Shown here: in pieces, positions 23,941 to 36,784 of the stretch
How the letters are laid out: every line of letters starts with the position of its first letter
Position numbering within the stretch: position 1 is the first letter of the stretch
Source: Malacoraja senta
Taxonomy: Eukaryota
Direction of reading: 5' to 3'
Assembly (NCBI GenBank): GCA_038087875.1
Contig: JAXLNO010005561.1
Location: 1-64,000 of the forward strand
Length of the DNA stretch: 64,000 nt
The notes under the pieces: model-generated
Databases searched by the model: none
Seen by the model: only the letters and a program-made list of their open reading frames with translations
Told to the model about the DNA's origin: nothing
Program-made: the position numbers and the translations under genes

Positions 23941-25604
23941 AGGAATGGAAACTGTGAGATTCAAAGAGGAGGAGGTGCGGACACTTTTGAAAAATATGAA
24001 AACGGATAAGTCTCCAGGTCCTCACAGGATATTCCCTAGGACATTGAGAGAAGTTAGTGTAGAAATAGCAGGGGCTATGACAGAAATATTTCAAATGTCA
24101 TTAGAAACGGGAATAGTGCCGGAGAATTGGCGTACTGCGCATGTTGTTCCGTTGTTTAAAAAGGGTTCGAAGAGTAAACCTAGCAATTATAGACCTGTTA
24201 GTTTGACGTCAGTGGTGGGCAAATTAATGGAAAGGATACTTAAAGATAATATATATAAGCATCTGGATAAGCAGGGTCTGATTAGGAACAGTCAACATGG
24301 ATTTGTGCCTGGAAGGTCATGCTTGACTAATCTTCTTAAATTTTTCGAAGAGGTTACTAGGGAAATTGATGAGGGTAAAGCAGTGGATGTTGTCTATATG
24401 GACTTCAGTAAGGCCTTTGACAAGGTTCCTCATGGAAGGTTGGTTAAGAAGATTCAACTGTTGGGTATTAATGGTGGAGTAGCAAGATGGATTCAACAGT
24501 GGCTGAATGGGAGATGCCAGAGAGTAATGGTGGATGGCTGTTTGTCAGGTTGGAGGCCGGTGACTAGTGGGGTGCCTCAGGGGTCTGTGTTGGGTCCACT
24601 GTTGTTTGTCATGTACATCAATGATCTGGATGATGGTGTGGAAAATTGGATTAGTAAGTATGCAGATGATACTAAGATAGGTGGTGTTGTGGATAATGAA
24701 GTAGATTTTCAAAGTCTACAGAGAGATTTAGGCCATTTGGAAGAGTGGGCTGAAAGATAGCAGATGGAGTTTAATGCTGACAAATCTGAGGTGCTACATC
24801 TCGGCAGGACAAATCAAAATAGGACATACACGGTAAATGGTAGCGAATTGAGGAATGCAGTTGAACAGAGGGATCTAGGAATAACTGTGCATAGTTCCCT
24901 GAAGGTGGAATCTCATGTAGATAGGGTGGTAAAGAAAGCTTTTGGTGTGCTGGCCTTTATAAATCAGAGCATTGAATATAGAAGTTGGGATGTAATGTTA
25001 AAATTGTACAAGGCATTGGTGAGGCCAATTCTGGAGTATGGAGTACAATTTTGGTCGCCTAATTATAGGAAGGATGTCAACAAAATAGAGAGAGTACAGA
25101 GGAGATTTACTAGAATGTTGCCTGGGTTTCAGCAACTAAGTTACAGAGAAAGGTTGAACAAGTTAGGTCTTTATTCTTTGGAGCGCAGAAGGTTAAGAGG
25201 GGACTTGATAGAAGTCTTTAAAATTATGAGCGGGTTAGACAGAGTGGACGTGGATAAGCTTTTCCCATTGAGAATAGGGAAGATTCAAACAAGGGGACAT
25301 GACTTGAGAATTAAGGGACAGAGGTTTAGGGGGAACATTAGGGGGAGCTTCTTTACTCAGAGAGTGGTAGCTGTGTGGAATGAGCTTCCAGTGGAAGTGG
25401 TGGAGGCAGGTTCGATGTTATCCTTTAAAAATAGATTGGATGGGTATATGGACGGGAAAGGAATGGAGGGTTATGGTCTGAGTGCAGGTAGATGGGACTA
25501 GGGGGAAGTATTTATTTTTAATTTAAATTTTTTAATGTTCGGCACGGACTTGAAGGGCCGAGATGGCCTGTTTCCGTGCTGTTATGGTTGTGGTTATATG
25601 GTTA
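23941..25604 (+). mobile_element. Young 5'-truncated CR1 (HER1-like) LINE: ORF2 RT and C-terminus plus 3' UTR
   Basis: ORFs 23921-24760 and 24764-25501 are in the same frame, separated by one TAG (W codon expected). Motifs NYRPVSLTS, DFSKAFDKV, GVPQGSVLGP, KYADD. CR1 3' tail gggccgagatggcctgtttccgtgctgt followed by ggttat-like repeats. Confidence 0.96.
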
Positions 25605-25857
25605 AAGTGCTGGAGTAACTCAGCGGGTCAGACAGCATCTCTGGCGTAAAAGGAAAGGTAACGTTTCATGTCGGGACCCTTCTTCAGACCCGACCCGAAA
25701 CCTCACCCATCCTTTTTCTCCAGAGATGCTGCCTGACCCACTGAGTTACTTCAGCACTTTGTGTCTATCTCCAGAGATGCTGTCTGACCCACTGAGTTAC
25801 TCCAGCACTTTGTGTCTGCCTTCGATATATACAGCATCTGCAGTTCCTTTTTACACA
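25605..25857. repeat. Inverted pair of Penelope-terminus repeats with an internal ~50-bp tandem duplication
   Basis: aagtgctggagtaactcagc...cccttcttcagac / ccgacccgaaacctcacc...(ccagagatgctg...cagcactttgtgtct)x2. Confidence 0.8.
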
Positions 25858-26494
25858 AAGTAGTAGATGAGCATATCTGCACAGGGTGCACCAGATGCCA
25901 GGCAGGAGAGGAATGGAATGACTGGGAATTGTAGAAAAGAGTTGTAGAATAATACAGGAAGAAAATGGGCCCTTCGGCCGAACTTGTCCATGCTGACCAA
26001 GATGCCCGATTGATGCTCGTCCCACCTGCCCGCGTTTGGCCTATATCCCTCTGAACCTTTCCTTTCCATGTACTTTCCCAAATGTCTTTTAAATGTGTCA
26101 TTGTACTGGCCCCTCAACTTCTTCCCCAGGCAACCCGTTCCACGTACCCACAGCCCTCTTTGTGAGAATAAAAACTGCAAAAGGACGCACAAAATGTGAC
26201 ATTAACACTCTTTTTTAGGTTCCAGGACTTGGAGTGCCAATATGGTCAGATCATATGGAAGCTGCCTTCCAACTGGTCTTCAGTCCTGTCCCTCAGAGAG
26301 AAGTGAGACTGAACAAACAGTTCACTTCAAATAATACTCATGATTCCAGTCTTCAGAAGGAAGATGCTTCACCCCGTCATTATTTAAAGCAACATGTAAA
26401 CTAAGTGACAGACTCAACAATAGCTTTGCTAACATCCCTTTCAGATTTAATAAACGTGCTATTATTTCACTTTGGGCTCAGTCAGATACCGTAC

Positions 26495-26619
26495 CTGTCT
26501 CGGGACAGTGCAGGAAGGTGAGGCAGAGTTTCTTTCTCAACTGTTGAAATGGCCGGTGACCATGGTCTGAAGGCGGAGAGTCTTTGCTGAGAATGTACAC
26601 AACTGCTGCTTAGAACATT
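26495..26619 (-). CDS. SKI: SKI coding exon 3 (125 bp, phase 0/2)
   Basis: ttcatacag|AAT...GACAG|gtacgg. Translates [41 protein letters not shown](S), containing the diagnostic [10 protein letters not shown] motif. Too short for the ORF track. Confidence 0.93.
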
Positions 26620-27488
26620 CTGTATGAAAAGAAATATTATGTTGTTTTCTTCATTTCATACAAGTTTCCTTACAATCATTCTGCATCAATTCTTCATCAA
26701 CTAGATTGTCTTTTTAGCTTTCCTACTCTTCCTCCCTTCTCTCTGCATTTTCATGTTTTTAAGGTGGTAAAGTTAGGAAGCTACTTCAGAGTTGCTGACA
26801 GACCTTACTGCCATTCCTAAGTAATCAGTATTCACATCTGAGCCTTAACCATGCTGGACACTAAAGTCTTGTACATGCATAATTACATATGTTCAAACTC
26901 AAATAAATACCCTTCAACATCAATGACCGGAACCGTGCGCAAATTTTCATCTCCCTATTTAATCCAGATGCCAGGTGTAATGTCCTTGGCAATGCTATGG
27001 CCGAAACCAGCCAATGCTGCTAAGAACAAAATGACCCATGTCTCTTGGTCCATGTGGAAACTTGGATTAGCTCCGATTAGATGGCCCCTTTGTTTTGGGA
27101 GCCCACGGACCAGCGGATTTTCCTTTGTATAATATTTCTGAAGTAAAAGCAGTTTTGACAGAATGGATGTCTAGAATATACACATGTTAACAAGTTTAAG
27201 GAACCTCATCTGATTGCTAAAATAAAACTTGCTCCATCGTGTTTCCTCTTTTAAGAACCTTCCCCTTCCTCACAGTTGCCACAATCTTTCCTCTCAGTTG
27301 GAGCATGTGTGCCAACTTTCCAGCAGCCAGTTCCTCCTTCAGTTCTGCTCAACTCCAGTCTATATCATAAATTTCACAACAACACTGATGCTAAATCCAC
27401 CTCTTGTAAGATGAGCAAAAGCCACTCGCATCTTCTTTTTCCTCCCTCTACAGAAGTTATTTGTTCGAGTTATTATTGAGTACTGTAC

Positions 27489-27614
27489 CTTGGCACCAGA
27501 AGGAGAGGAAAAGGACCTCCACCATTCGGACTGTTTCTCCTTCTCGATGGTAATCAGATGGTCTGTAGTTTCATCTTTCTTGAACTTTTTAAACACTGTT
27601 TGGTCAAAAGGGAC
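27489..27614 (-). CDS. SKI: SKI coding exon 2 (126 bp, phase 0/0)
   Basis: ctctttag|GTC...AAG|gtacag. Translates VPFDQTVFKKFKKDETTDHLITIEKEKQSEWWRSFSSPSGAK, matching the size and the EK-K---W-R pattern of vertebrate SKI exon 2 as I recall it. In frame with exon 3. Confidence 0.9.
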
Positions 27615-29012
27615 CTAAAGAGAAGGCAAAAAACAGAATAAAATTAGGATTCTTTTTGATAGTGTGCAATGCAAAAGCACTTAACTGGAAAAATAATTTG
27701 GTCAGAGACATGAAAACTGGTTTAGCTTTTAAAAAAATATAAAGTTGCATTGAGGAACTGAAGCTTTTGCAAGGTCTAAATATATGGATGAAAACACAAC
27801 CAAATGGAGGACACTAGATTTCCAAAGTGATGGTCACTAAGCCAAAGCTTTAAGAGCAAATAAAAGTGAAGTGATGGAAATTTCCTCTGATGGAGCAAGA
27901 CAATAAAACATCACTGCTGGAGCAGACAAGATGACACCATCTCAGACAAAACCCCTGCTTGACTGGTATTCCATACACCACCCTGAACATTCATTCAGTG
28001 GCTGCTTTGTATACCGTGTGAAACAGAGCACCGAGGAAGACAAGTGCAATACACACATGGGACACCACCTGGGCCACCATCTCCAACATGCACGTTTCCG
28101 GACTTGGAATTCATTGTTAATGGGTTTAATTCCTCAAACTTCCTTCCCAACAGCATCGTGGATGCACCTTCATCAAAAAGATGGCTTGGAAGCTTGACTG
28201 CCTTCACCTTCAAAGGCAGTTCAGGATAAGCAACAAACATTAGCTTGGCCGCTGACATCCACATCCCAATGTTCTCAGTCTGCGAGTGGCTTTTTTGATT
28301 TGAGACGGTGCGGCAACTGTTAATGGTGAGCAAATGCCTACGACAAGAAGAAGCTTGCCAATGACCAAAAGTTGGTTCCAAAGCCAAAGTATTAAGAGTG
28401 AATAAAAGTGAATGCACTTGATGTAGACGGGAACGACAGTGGGATATTGTAATTCATGGAAATATCTCTGGGATTTAGAAGTTAAAGACAATATTGTGTC
28501 GAATTGTCCCAGTGACATCCACTGAAAAATATGAATAGCAGAAACTGAATGAAGCGTTACAAGTTGCAAAGCAACAGAAATACAGCTACACACAAATGCA
28601 AAGTGCAGTAAATGTAAAATAAAAACAGAAAATGCTGGAACCTCTCAGTAGGTCAGATGGTATTCTTGGACATAAGAACAGCAACTGTTTTAAGTCCCCA
28701 ACCTTATATTGGCATTTTCTGTTTTTTATCCGTAATTCCCTGCACCTGGCTCAATGGGACTCAAAGCCTACAAAGCTCAGGGAATGGGCTGAGATGCCAC
28801 GACAAGGTGTTGTCGCTGGTGCCGATGATATTCAGACATCCCCAGCAGTCAGTCTTGCCGCACGGAGACCTCATGTTGTCCATGGAGCCAGCGCTGTAGA
28901 GGCCTGATATGGATTGGTAGCATTACGCTGCGGAGTCTACCTCCCTGATTCTAGGCCAAAGATCCCATTCATCCGAATGAAAATTCCAGGCCTGAAGCTT
29001 AGGAAGAAAAGA

Positions 29013-29170
29013 AGACACAAAATGCTGGAGTAACTCAGCGGATCAGGCAGCATCTGTGCAGAACACGGATAGGAGGAGTTTTGGGTTGGGATCCTTCTCT
29101 CCAGAGATACTGCCTGACCTGCTGAATTACTCCAGCACTTTGTGTCCTTTTGCATATTAACCAGCACCTG
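29013..29170. repeat. Inverted pair of Penelope-terminus repeats
   Basis: gacacaaaatgctggagtaactcagc... / ...gctgaattactccagcactttgtgtc. Confidence 0.8.
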
Positions 29171-29231
29171 CTCGTCCCACCTGCCCGCGTTTGGCCTATA
29201 TCCCTCTATGTTTCTGAGGAAAATATATTAT

Positions 29232-29549
29232 TTTTAGTTTAGATTTTAGTTTCGTTTAGAGATACAGTGTGGAAACAGGCCCTTTGGCCCACTGAGTCCA
29301 CGCTGATCAGCGATCCCCATACACTATCACTATCCTACACACTAGGGACAATTTACAATCTTTACCGAAGCCCATTAATCTACAAACCAGTGCGTCTTCG
29401 GAGTGTGGGAGGAAACCGGAGTTCCAGGGGAAAACCCACGTGGACACAGGGAGAACGTACAAACTCCGTAGACAGCACCCGTAGTCAGAATGAAACCCGG
29501 GTCTCTGGTGCTATAAGGCAGCAACTCTACCGCTGCCCCACTGTGCTGC
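29232..29549 (-). mobile_element. V-SINE (HE1-like), near full length
   Basis: Reverse complement of the family consensus, with (tttag)n at the left end. Confidence 0.85.
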
Positions 29550-30018
29550 TCCTATGTTATATATGTTATAATAAAATAAGTTTTAAACGTTTTTCATTTC
29601 TATGGGGTTTGTCCGTAATAAATTTTATTTATTTGTGAACTATTTTTTAAATGAGTGCCACAGCCTGGGTGTAGGTCTGGTCAGCTGAGCCGGGTCTCTG
29701 CTTGTACCCCTGGGTGGTGCTGCACCATTTAAAGAGGGTTTTGCATATACTATGTGCTTCCCCTTCAAATCATTCTTCGTTATTAAAAGGTTACATCAAA
29801 ATAAAAAAATTGTTGACTTTCATGTTGGTCCTTCATGCAAACAAAGCTCGGGAGTCACGACAATAAGTTGCCGAGCAGAGAGTTTGTAGACAGAGTGACA
29901 ATTCCTGCTGTTCAAGTTGCAAGAGAGTGCAATTAATCTGCTTGGCAGTTTCCGAAAAACAGCAAAGAATTGTGAAATCGAGTCAAATGTACAGGAATAA
30001 ACATGGATGTGGGAATAC

Positions 30019-30390
30019 AGGGATCGGGGAGGTGGAGGGTTGGAGGAGGAGACATAGGGAAGAGACAGGGGCAAGGAGTTGGGTGGAGAAAGGATTGGGG
30101 ATTAGGTGGGGGGGGCGAAGAGGTTTGGGGGTTAGGCAGGCGGTGAGGGATAGAGATCGGGGGTGTGTGGGTTTGGGGAGAGAGGACAGAGGTCGGGGGA
30201 GAGAGGTCTGGGGGGAGGAGACGGGGCAGGGAGGTGGGGAGGACTGGGGTTGAGCAGGGGGGGAGAGGGGACTGGGAGCATGAGGTAAGGGAGGAGACAA
30301 GGGAGGGAAGTGAGGAGAGAAAACGGGATTGTGTTGATGGGGGTGGGGGGAAGAGAGGAGTCAAGAGATCTGAGGTTGGGTGGGGGAGTG
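30019..30390 (+). repeat. G-rich purine low-complexity tract (G-quadruplex potential)
   Basis: Many G3-G8 runs with short loops. Confidence 0.75.
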
Positions 30391-31744
30391 AGAAACCTCT
30401 CCCCTCCCTGGCAGTAGAGAAGCAGAGGAAGCGAGTTTCCCTGTGAGAGGCGGCGTTGCCGGTTTCAGAGGCCGCAGCTGTGGTATGCGTTGGGTCAGTT
30501 GCCAAATTTTGCTTTGTCTACCCCGTGAATGCAGAACAGGGCATGTAAATTACCCTGATGCAAGGCAGAGCTCCAGCCTGCAAAGATTTGATCAACAACA
30601 GGACTGTGTCTGGAACGGCAGTGATGACAGCACCAGTAAGGTATTTGGCAAATGCCCCTCCATTGCTGCAAACCTCTCAGTTGGGGGTTCCAACACTAAA
30701 ACCACAACAGGTGACAATGCCAAAGGGAGGCTGTTATTTTTCTGTCAGCACACAGAACATTTTGTTCGGCAAGACATCAATTTGAGGCTCGCAGTGAATG
30801 CTGGAAAAACTGCTCAAACACGGTCTCTATTGTGGGTCAAGTGTGAAGCAGGCACAGTGGGCCAAAACTCTTCTGTTCTACAAATCAGTAACCCTTTGTG
30901 TGACAGAGTGCATTTCTGATGACATTTTGAAAATAATTCTGATACTGATCAACAGGATTCATCTGGAATTCCATGCTCATTTAATAACTACATTTTATTT
31001 AGTTATTAAAACTACATTAAAACAAAAACTATTGGAACAAAAACACATTTTAAATATGGATCCTTGAAACTATGCAAAATCAGAGGGTGGTTTACATATT
31101 GTGTGTAGGACACCATGTAGATATTGTACATTATAAGCAAATGCTAGTGGTTTTCTCATTAACATTTTGTAACCGTTTTGGGGATTTAATCGTTGATGCT
31201 CATTGTTAAATGTCCTGGGAAAGTGGTGATTTGATAGACTCACTGGGAGGGCAGTTGAAGCAAGCATGGGGGAGGGGCGGGGGGGGGGGGGGGGGGAGGG
31301 GTTGGGGCAGTACTCATGCAAGACAATGGTATTTCTTCCCGAAAGGACAGGAGAGAAGCAGATGGGGGTTCTGACACTCTGTTGGTTTAACGGTCACTCG
31401 GATTTCTCATTCTGGGCTTTCATTAAAAAAGAACAAATTCAAATTCTCAAGTTGTCTTGATATGATTTAAGGATAAACATTTTTCACGATTGTAATCATG
31501 TATTGTCTTTCCAGTGACTGGTTAGCACGTAACAAAAGCTTTTCACTGTGCCTTGGTACATGTGACAGTAAACTAAACTAAGATTATTAATCCCAAAACA
31601 GAAAGAATGCCAGAGTTTGTTGCAACTTGGACATTTAGACTGCCGACCGATGGAGTTGTATGCCTGCTGCTGCTGAGGCCTTTTGAACCATTTAAAAGCC
31701 AACAAGAGAAGCGGCCCAGAGCCCAGAGCTGGTGGGCTCAGCTG

Positions 31745-31910
31745 GCTGGGACACGTGGGAGCCACGTTAAAGATCAGAGGCCAGGCCCCAAATCAAGAGC
31801 CGTGGACGGCCAATGTTTCCATACAATTGCAAGGTCACGCAAGGCCTCGAGAAATTCAGCATTCCCACCAACAGCCAGGAGAACCGCGCTCCGCCAGGAA
31901 GTGACGTGAG
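31745..31910. promoter_or_regulatory. Candidate intronic enhancer: E-box CACGTG plus overlapping ETS-CRE motif
   Basis: CACGTG at 31752-31757 and CAGGAAGTGACGTG at 31895-31908 in a locally CpG-retaining, TE-free patch. Confidence 0.35.
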
Positions 31911-32487
31911 AAGCCACACTGATCCCAGCAGGCAGGCAGTGAAGCAGAATATGCTCCAGCTGGTGAACAAGTCACCAGCAGACTCAGGAACTGCTTCATC
32001 CCCTCCGTTCTGAGTGGTCCTTCCATAAGCTAGGGTTCTCTGATTCACCTCTACTTTGTCTAACAAACTGATGCGCTACAATGCTGAGAACTATATTCTG
32101 CACTCTGTATCTTCCCTTATTGTACTTGAGTTTGAACTGATTGTATCTATATATGGTGTATCTGATCTGTTTGGGTAGCATGCAAAGCATTTCACTGTAC
32201 CTCAGTATATGTGGCAATAATAAATCTAAACCTAGTCTTTAGAAACTACAAGAAGATTGCTGGATGTCCCACTCTTCTACACCAAGTTCAAGCACCAGTG
32301 ACTGACTGGCTTTGCAGTATCTCCATTCAGCAATCAAGATATACAAAGGCTGTTTATTTCAGAAATACAACCTTTCATTTGTCCAAATAAATACAGCAGC
32401 AGTGTAGTCTGTGTGCATTCTCCAATACACACAGGCTGCCACACCACTCCTGTTTGAATAATACTTACACCACATTTTTTTTCAACC

Positions 32488-32709
32488 AGGAGTTTGTACA
32501 TTCTCCCTGTGACCCTGTGGGTTTTCTCCAAGTGCTCCGGTTTCCTCCCACACTTCAAAAAAGATGTACAGGTTTGTAGGTTAATTTGTCTTTGGTAAAA
32601 AAAAAGTAAATTGTCTCTAGTGTGTAGGATATTGCTAGTGTACAGGTTGATCGCTGGTCGGCACGGACTTGATGGGCCAACGGGCCTGTTTCCACACTGT
32701 ATCTCTAAA
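32488..32709 (+). mobile_element. 5'-truncated V-SINE
   Basis: ggagtttgtacattctccctgtgacc...gggcctgtttccacactgtatctctaaa. Confidence 0.8.
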
Positions 32710-34599
32710 GTCACAGCTGCAGGGCTTTCAGTTATTGAGGGAACTGGCGACTGACCGAAACTCAGTTGGAGCAAACCATCAACGGTTTGAGTTAATGTGA
32801 CTCTGAGTGTGTCTGAACTTTGTCAAAATTACTGGAACCACATTTTGAAAAGTGCACCTACATTTCTGAAGTTAAGCAAGCAGCTTACAGCTGGTTTCAA
32901 TAAAAAACAGCCAAGTATGGAATGTTCTGCAGCTTTGGATTGCTATCACACACATACCCCTATCCTACTGGGAAGCTGTTCAGGATGTTCAGTAATCATA
33001 AATGGCCAACCAACTCTAGCGCAACAATCCGTGAACTCCCACTGAAAGAAATGAATAAGGGAGAAATGAATGGAGCATCATTTTTCTCACAGGGAGGATG
33101 CTCTGGGAAATTTCTGTCACTGACAAACATTGCAACTGAGTAGACTGCATCATGGTGTTGCTGTTTGACAAACAACCATACAATATGCAAAACACTCTTC
33201 AACAAAGACATTTTCTCCTTAAATAAAATTGAATTGATAACTAAACAGTCAGATGTATTTGCGATAGCATTGTTCTTTGGCTCAGGAGAAATATGAAAAC
33301 AGAGAGCTCTGTGCACCGAACAATCGAAACTCATCCCATCTGAGTTCTCCACTTGAGCAGCAACTCATCAGAATAAGTTCCATCAGCTCAAAAATCAAAA
33401 GACCAGAGCCTTGCATTTCTACACCACAGCAGTTCATTGGCAGGCATTGTCTTAAGAGTTGCTTTGTAAGTGACATTTCTAAAAATGCTTTCAGATGAAA
33501 GGATTTGTTGTGCGAGTGCGTCAAGCTAAATCTGACCCAGGATAAAGCCTATTATTATAGTGCGAGGGAACAACCAAGGGTCTCTCGTGGAATCAGTGAC
33601 CCATGCATTGCAAGGTTAGTGGCTCACCCTTTTTCTTTCTCCAATATGCAGCTCAAAGTTGGAGAAAAACTACTCAGCAGTAGCAACAGTCCATGTTTAC
33701 AGGATGAAAATAAGACAATAGGGCCCATGTTTCAAGCTGCTTTGCATTCCCCCTTCTCATATCTGAGCAGTTCCCCTCTTCCTGCACACATCCAGTCCTC
33801 GTGATCCTCTCCGGGATTTCACAGGCCCTCAGCATCCCATCAATATTAAAACATTCTCTATTCCTCTTTAGAATTCTTTTGCTCGGGTTAAAGTTCAATC
33901 CACAGTTTTCACTGAATGAAAAGTTGACTTGCTGAAGCTTCAAAGCGCCACTGTGATTTGGAGTCTGCCCTGCAAGGCACTGTTCACAGTCTGTCAACAA
34001 GAGGCTTGTACAGTGATCTCATCTTTGACGGGATGACATGTTTGCATCTGGACAAAGTTTTACAAATCAAAATGAGAAACAGTGCCATTGATAGGCACCG
34101 TGTTTACTACAATGTGGTCAGAGGGCCATTGCCTGCAGATCCCAGTGAAATCAGCAACTCAGCTCATCTGAAAACTCCAAGCTACTTTTTTTTTAAAACT
34201 ATTAGAGCGCAGCACTCCAAATACTTTTGAATTAAAATCCAGAGCTTGATTGATGATTTTGTTGTACTACCATGCATTCTGATCTTCACTGTGTTGTCTC
34301 AAAAGTTGTTAAGCACAGATCGTAAATCCATTAACAAACCATCCAAAAAACAGACGTAAACAAATGCCAAGTTGGGAAAGTTGAAATAGTTTGAGAATGC
34401 AGTGTGTGTAGGAAGCAGAGAGGGAGCTAACAGGATCTTACAAGATATTTGCATTGATATTTCTTCAAACGCTTCGATAAGTAAGGGCATAACAGCAGGA
34501 ATACCCAGATTCAACCCCGGATTTGTACAGGGTTAATAAACCCCGGTCAGGGTAGGGGTAATTGTTCTGGGCACTATAATTTCCTTCGGAATTGCTGAT

Positions 34600-34653
34600 G
34601 AGAGAGAGAGAGTGAGAGAGAGAGAGAAAGAAGAGAGAAAGAGAGAGAGAGAG
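34600..34653. repeat. (GA)n microsatellite
   Basis: Direct reading. Confidence 0.9.
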
Positions 34654-35540
34654 GTAACACAGCGATTACAGCGCCTCAAAAATCATCCTAAAACCTTCAA
34701 CTTGACATCTGTAGTGGTGATGTCAGGAGTGTTGTTATCAGAAACTACACAGGGGGCCCCAAACATATCCCAACGCCATCACAGAGCTGTTTTTTACACT
34801 CAGCTCCCTCCAGGTTCCATTCTAGTTGTAAACGCTGAACAAAACCAGTCTTTTATAATTGCTCCTCCCTGCTCTGAACGTCACTGCGTTACTCCCTGTG
34901 CCTGCCATTCGCTGTTTGACAACCCAGGGTCCACAACATCAAGGCTTAGGTTGAGATTTATCTTTCACCTCAAGCTGGGCGGTGGGTCAGATTAAGGCAG
35001 AACGTGCAAGTCCTGTCCCACCCAGAGTCAGCACCTTCCTGACAACCAGGAGGTTAAGCAAAGGGGAGAAGCCCACAAAAAGAGGACTGACCTCTTTATT
35101 GTATTTACCATTGAGGCCAGAAAGACATTTTAAACCAGCGAGCTTTTGGGAGGGGGATGTTGGGGGAAAGCTCGAGACAGTCAAGAGAGCTCAGATGAGT
35201 TGCAGCTGCTTAGTACATTACAACCCCACCCCCTTCCCTGCGATGAAGGCAGTGACTGCAGCCTGTTAACTATGCCGGCCTTGTGCTCATCATTTACAAC
35301 TGGGAGCATGACGGAGGAGCGAATGGACAGTCTTGATCAAAGATCCTATAGGATCTTTGGTCTTGATTAGAGGAGGAGGAAACAGGGTCAGGGAAGGGGC
35401 ACGACATAAACTTACTAATTCAAAGGCTCCCCTTCATTTACTACTTTGCCTTGCAATGTATGATGGCAAAAAAACAACATGAAGCCTCCAGGTGTGTGGC
35501 GACATTTTGCCAGCAGCACAACAGCTGTAGCTTCAGAGAG

Positions 35541-35822
35541 CATAGTGGCCAGCGGTCGAGTTGCTTGCCTTACAGCTCCAGAGACCCATGTTCGAATCTG
35601 ACTGGGTCCCATCTATCCATTCTCCTTGTGACCGCGTTGGTTTTCTCCGGGTGCTTTGGTTTCCTCCTTCACTCCAAAGACGTACAAGTTTGAAGGTTGA
35701 TTGGCTTCCATAAAATTGTAAATTGGCACTAATGTGTAGGATAACGATAGTGTACGGGGTGATCGCTGGACAGCGGGGACCAGGAGGGCCGAAGGGCCTG
35801 TTTCCGCACTGCATCTCTAAAG
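35541..35822 (+). mobile_element. V-SINE (HE1-like)
   Basis: Family head and tail. Confidence 0.8.
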
Positions 35823-36513
35823 CAAACGATGTATTTACAAAGTAAAAATGTCATTGTTCCGTTTCAGGACATGTGACAATAAAACATTCTTGATTCTCTT
35901 GGTAATGGCCTGTTAATTGGGATTTGTGTGAGGCCATCACAGTTCAGAATGACCCTTGGCTGAGAGTAATCACCACCCCTTGGAGAGGAAGACAAGCCAT
36001 TCACAGGACTCCCTCTGAACAATGAAATGCTTACAACGATCTTAGGGAAAACATTCATAATACGAAAAAGGTAACAGAAAACACCATGCAATCCTCAGTG
36101 TTAGGCAGTTATAGACAACAGACAATAGGTGCAGGAGTAGGCCATTCGTCCCTTTTCAGATTTTTCAGTTTCGGCCCTTTTCAGTTGATTTTGTATTAAC
36201 ATGTAATCTTATCAAAAGGTCCATGGCTGAAATTGTCATAACTCTTCAGTTTAAAGGCAATCATGCATTATTATCCATCCAGTGCTGTATGCTAAAAGGC
36301 TGGATTGTTATGACACGGTTTGATTCTATAAAGATGAACATCCAATCAAGCACTTAAACCCTAACAATATGGCACCAATTCAATCCAACCACAAGTGGAA
36401 AATGGACATTAATAGACACAATTCTAAAAAAAATTCTAGTACTTTAAATTTTGTATCGTTTCTTTGAATGTTATGTATTAATAAGGATCCATGCTGCCCT
36501 TTATAAATATTAC

Positions 36514-36784
36514 TTTAGTTTAGTTTAGAGATACAGCGCGCAAACAGGCCCATTGGCGCACACGAGTCCGCACCAACCAGCGATCCCCACACGTTAACAC
36601 TATCCTACACACACATTAGAGACAATTGTTTACACGTACCAAACCAATTGACCAACAAACCTGTACTTCTTTGGAGTGTGGGTGTAAACTCCGTACAGAC
36701 AGCACCCGTAGTCGGGATAGAACCCAGATCTCTGGCATGGCAAGCGCTGTAAGGCAGCAACTCTACTGCTGTGCTACCGTGCCA
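36514..36784 (-). mobile_element. V-SINE (HE1-like)
   Basis: Family consensus, reverse strand. Confidence 0.85.

Noticed and set aside
29933-30505. 190-aa Pro/Ser-rich ORF on the minus strand
   Set aside because: Artefact of the G-rich low-complexity tract, which lacks stop codons.
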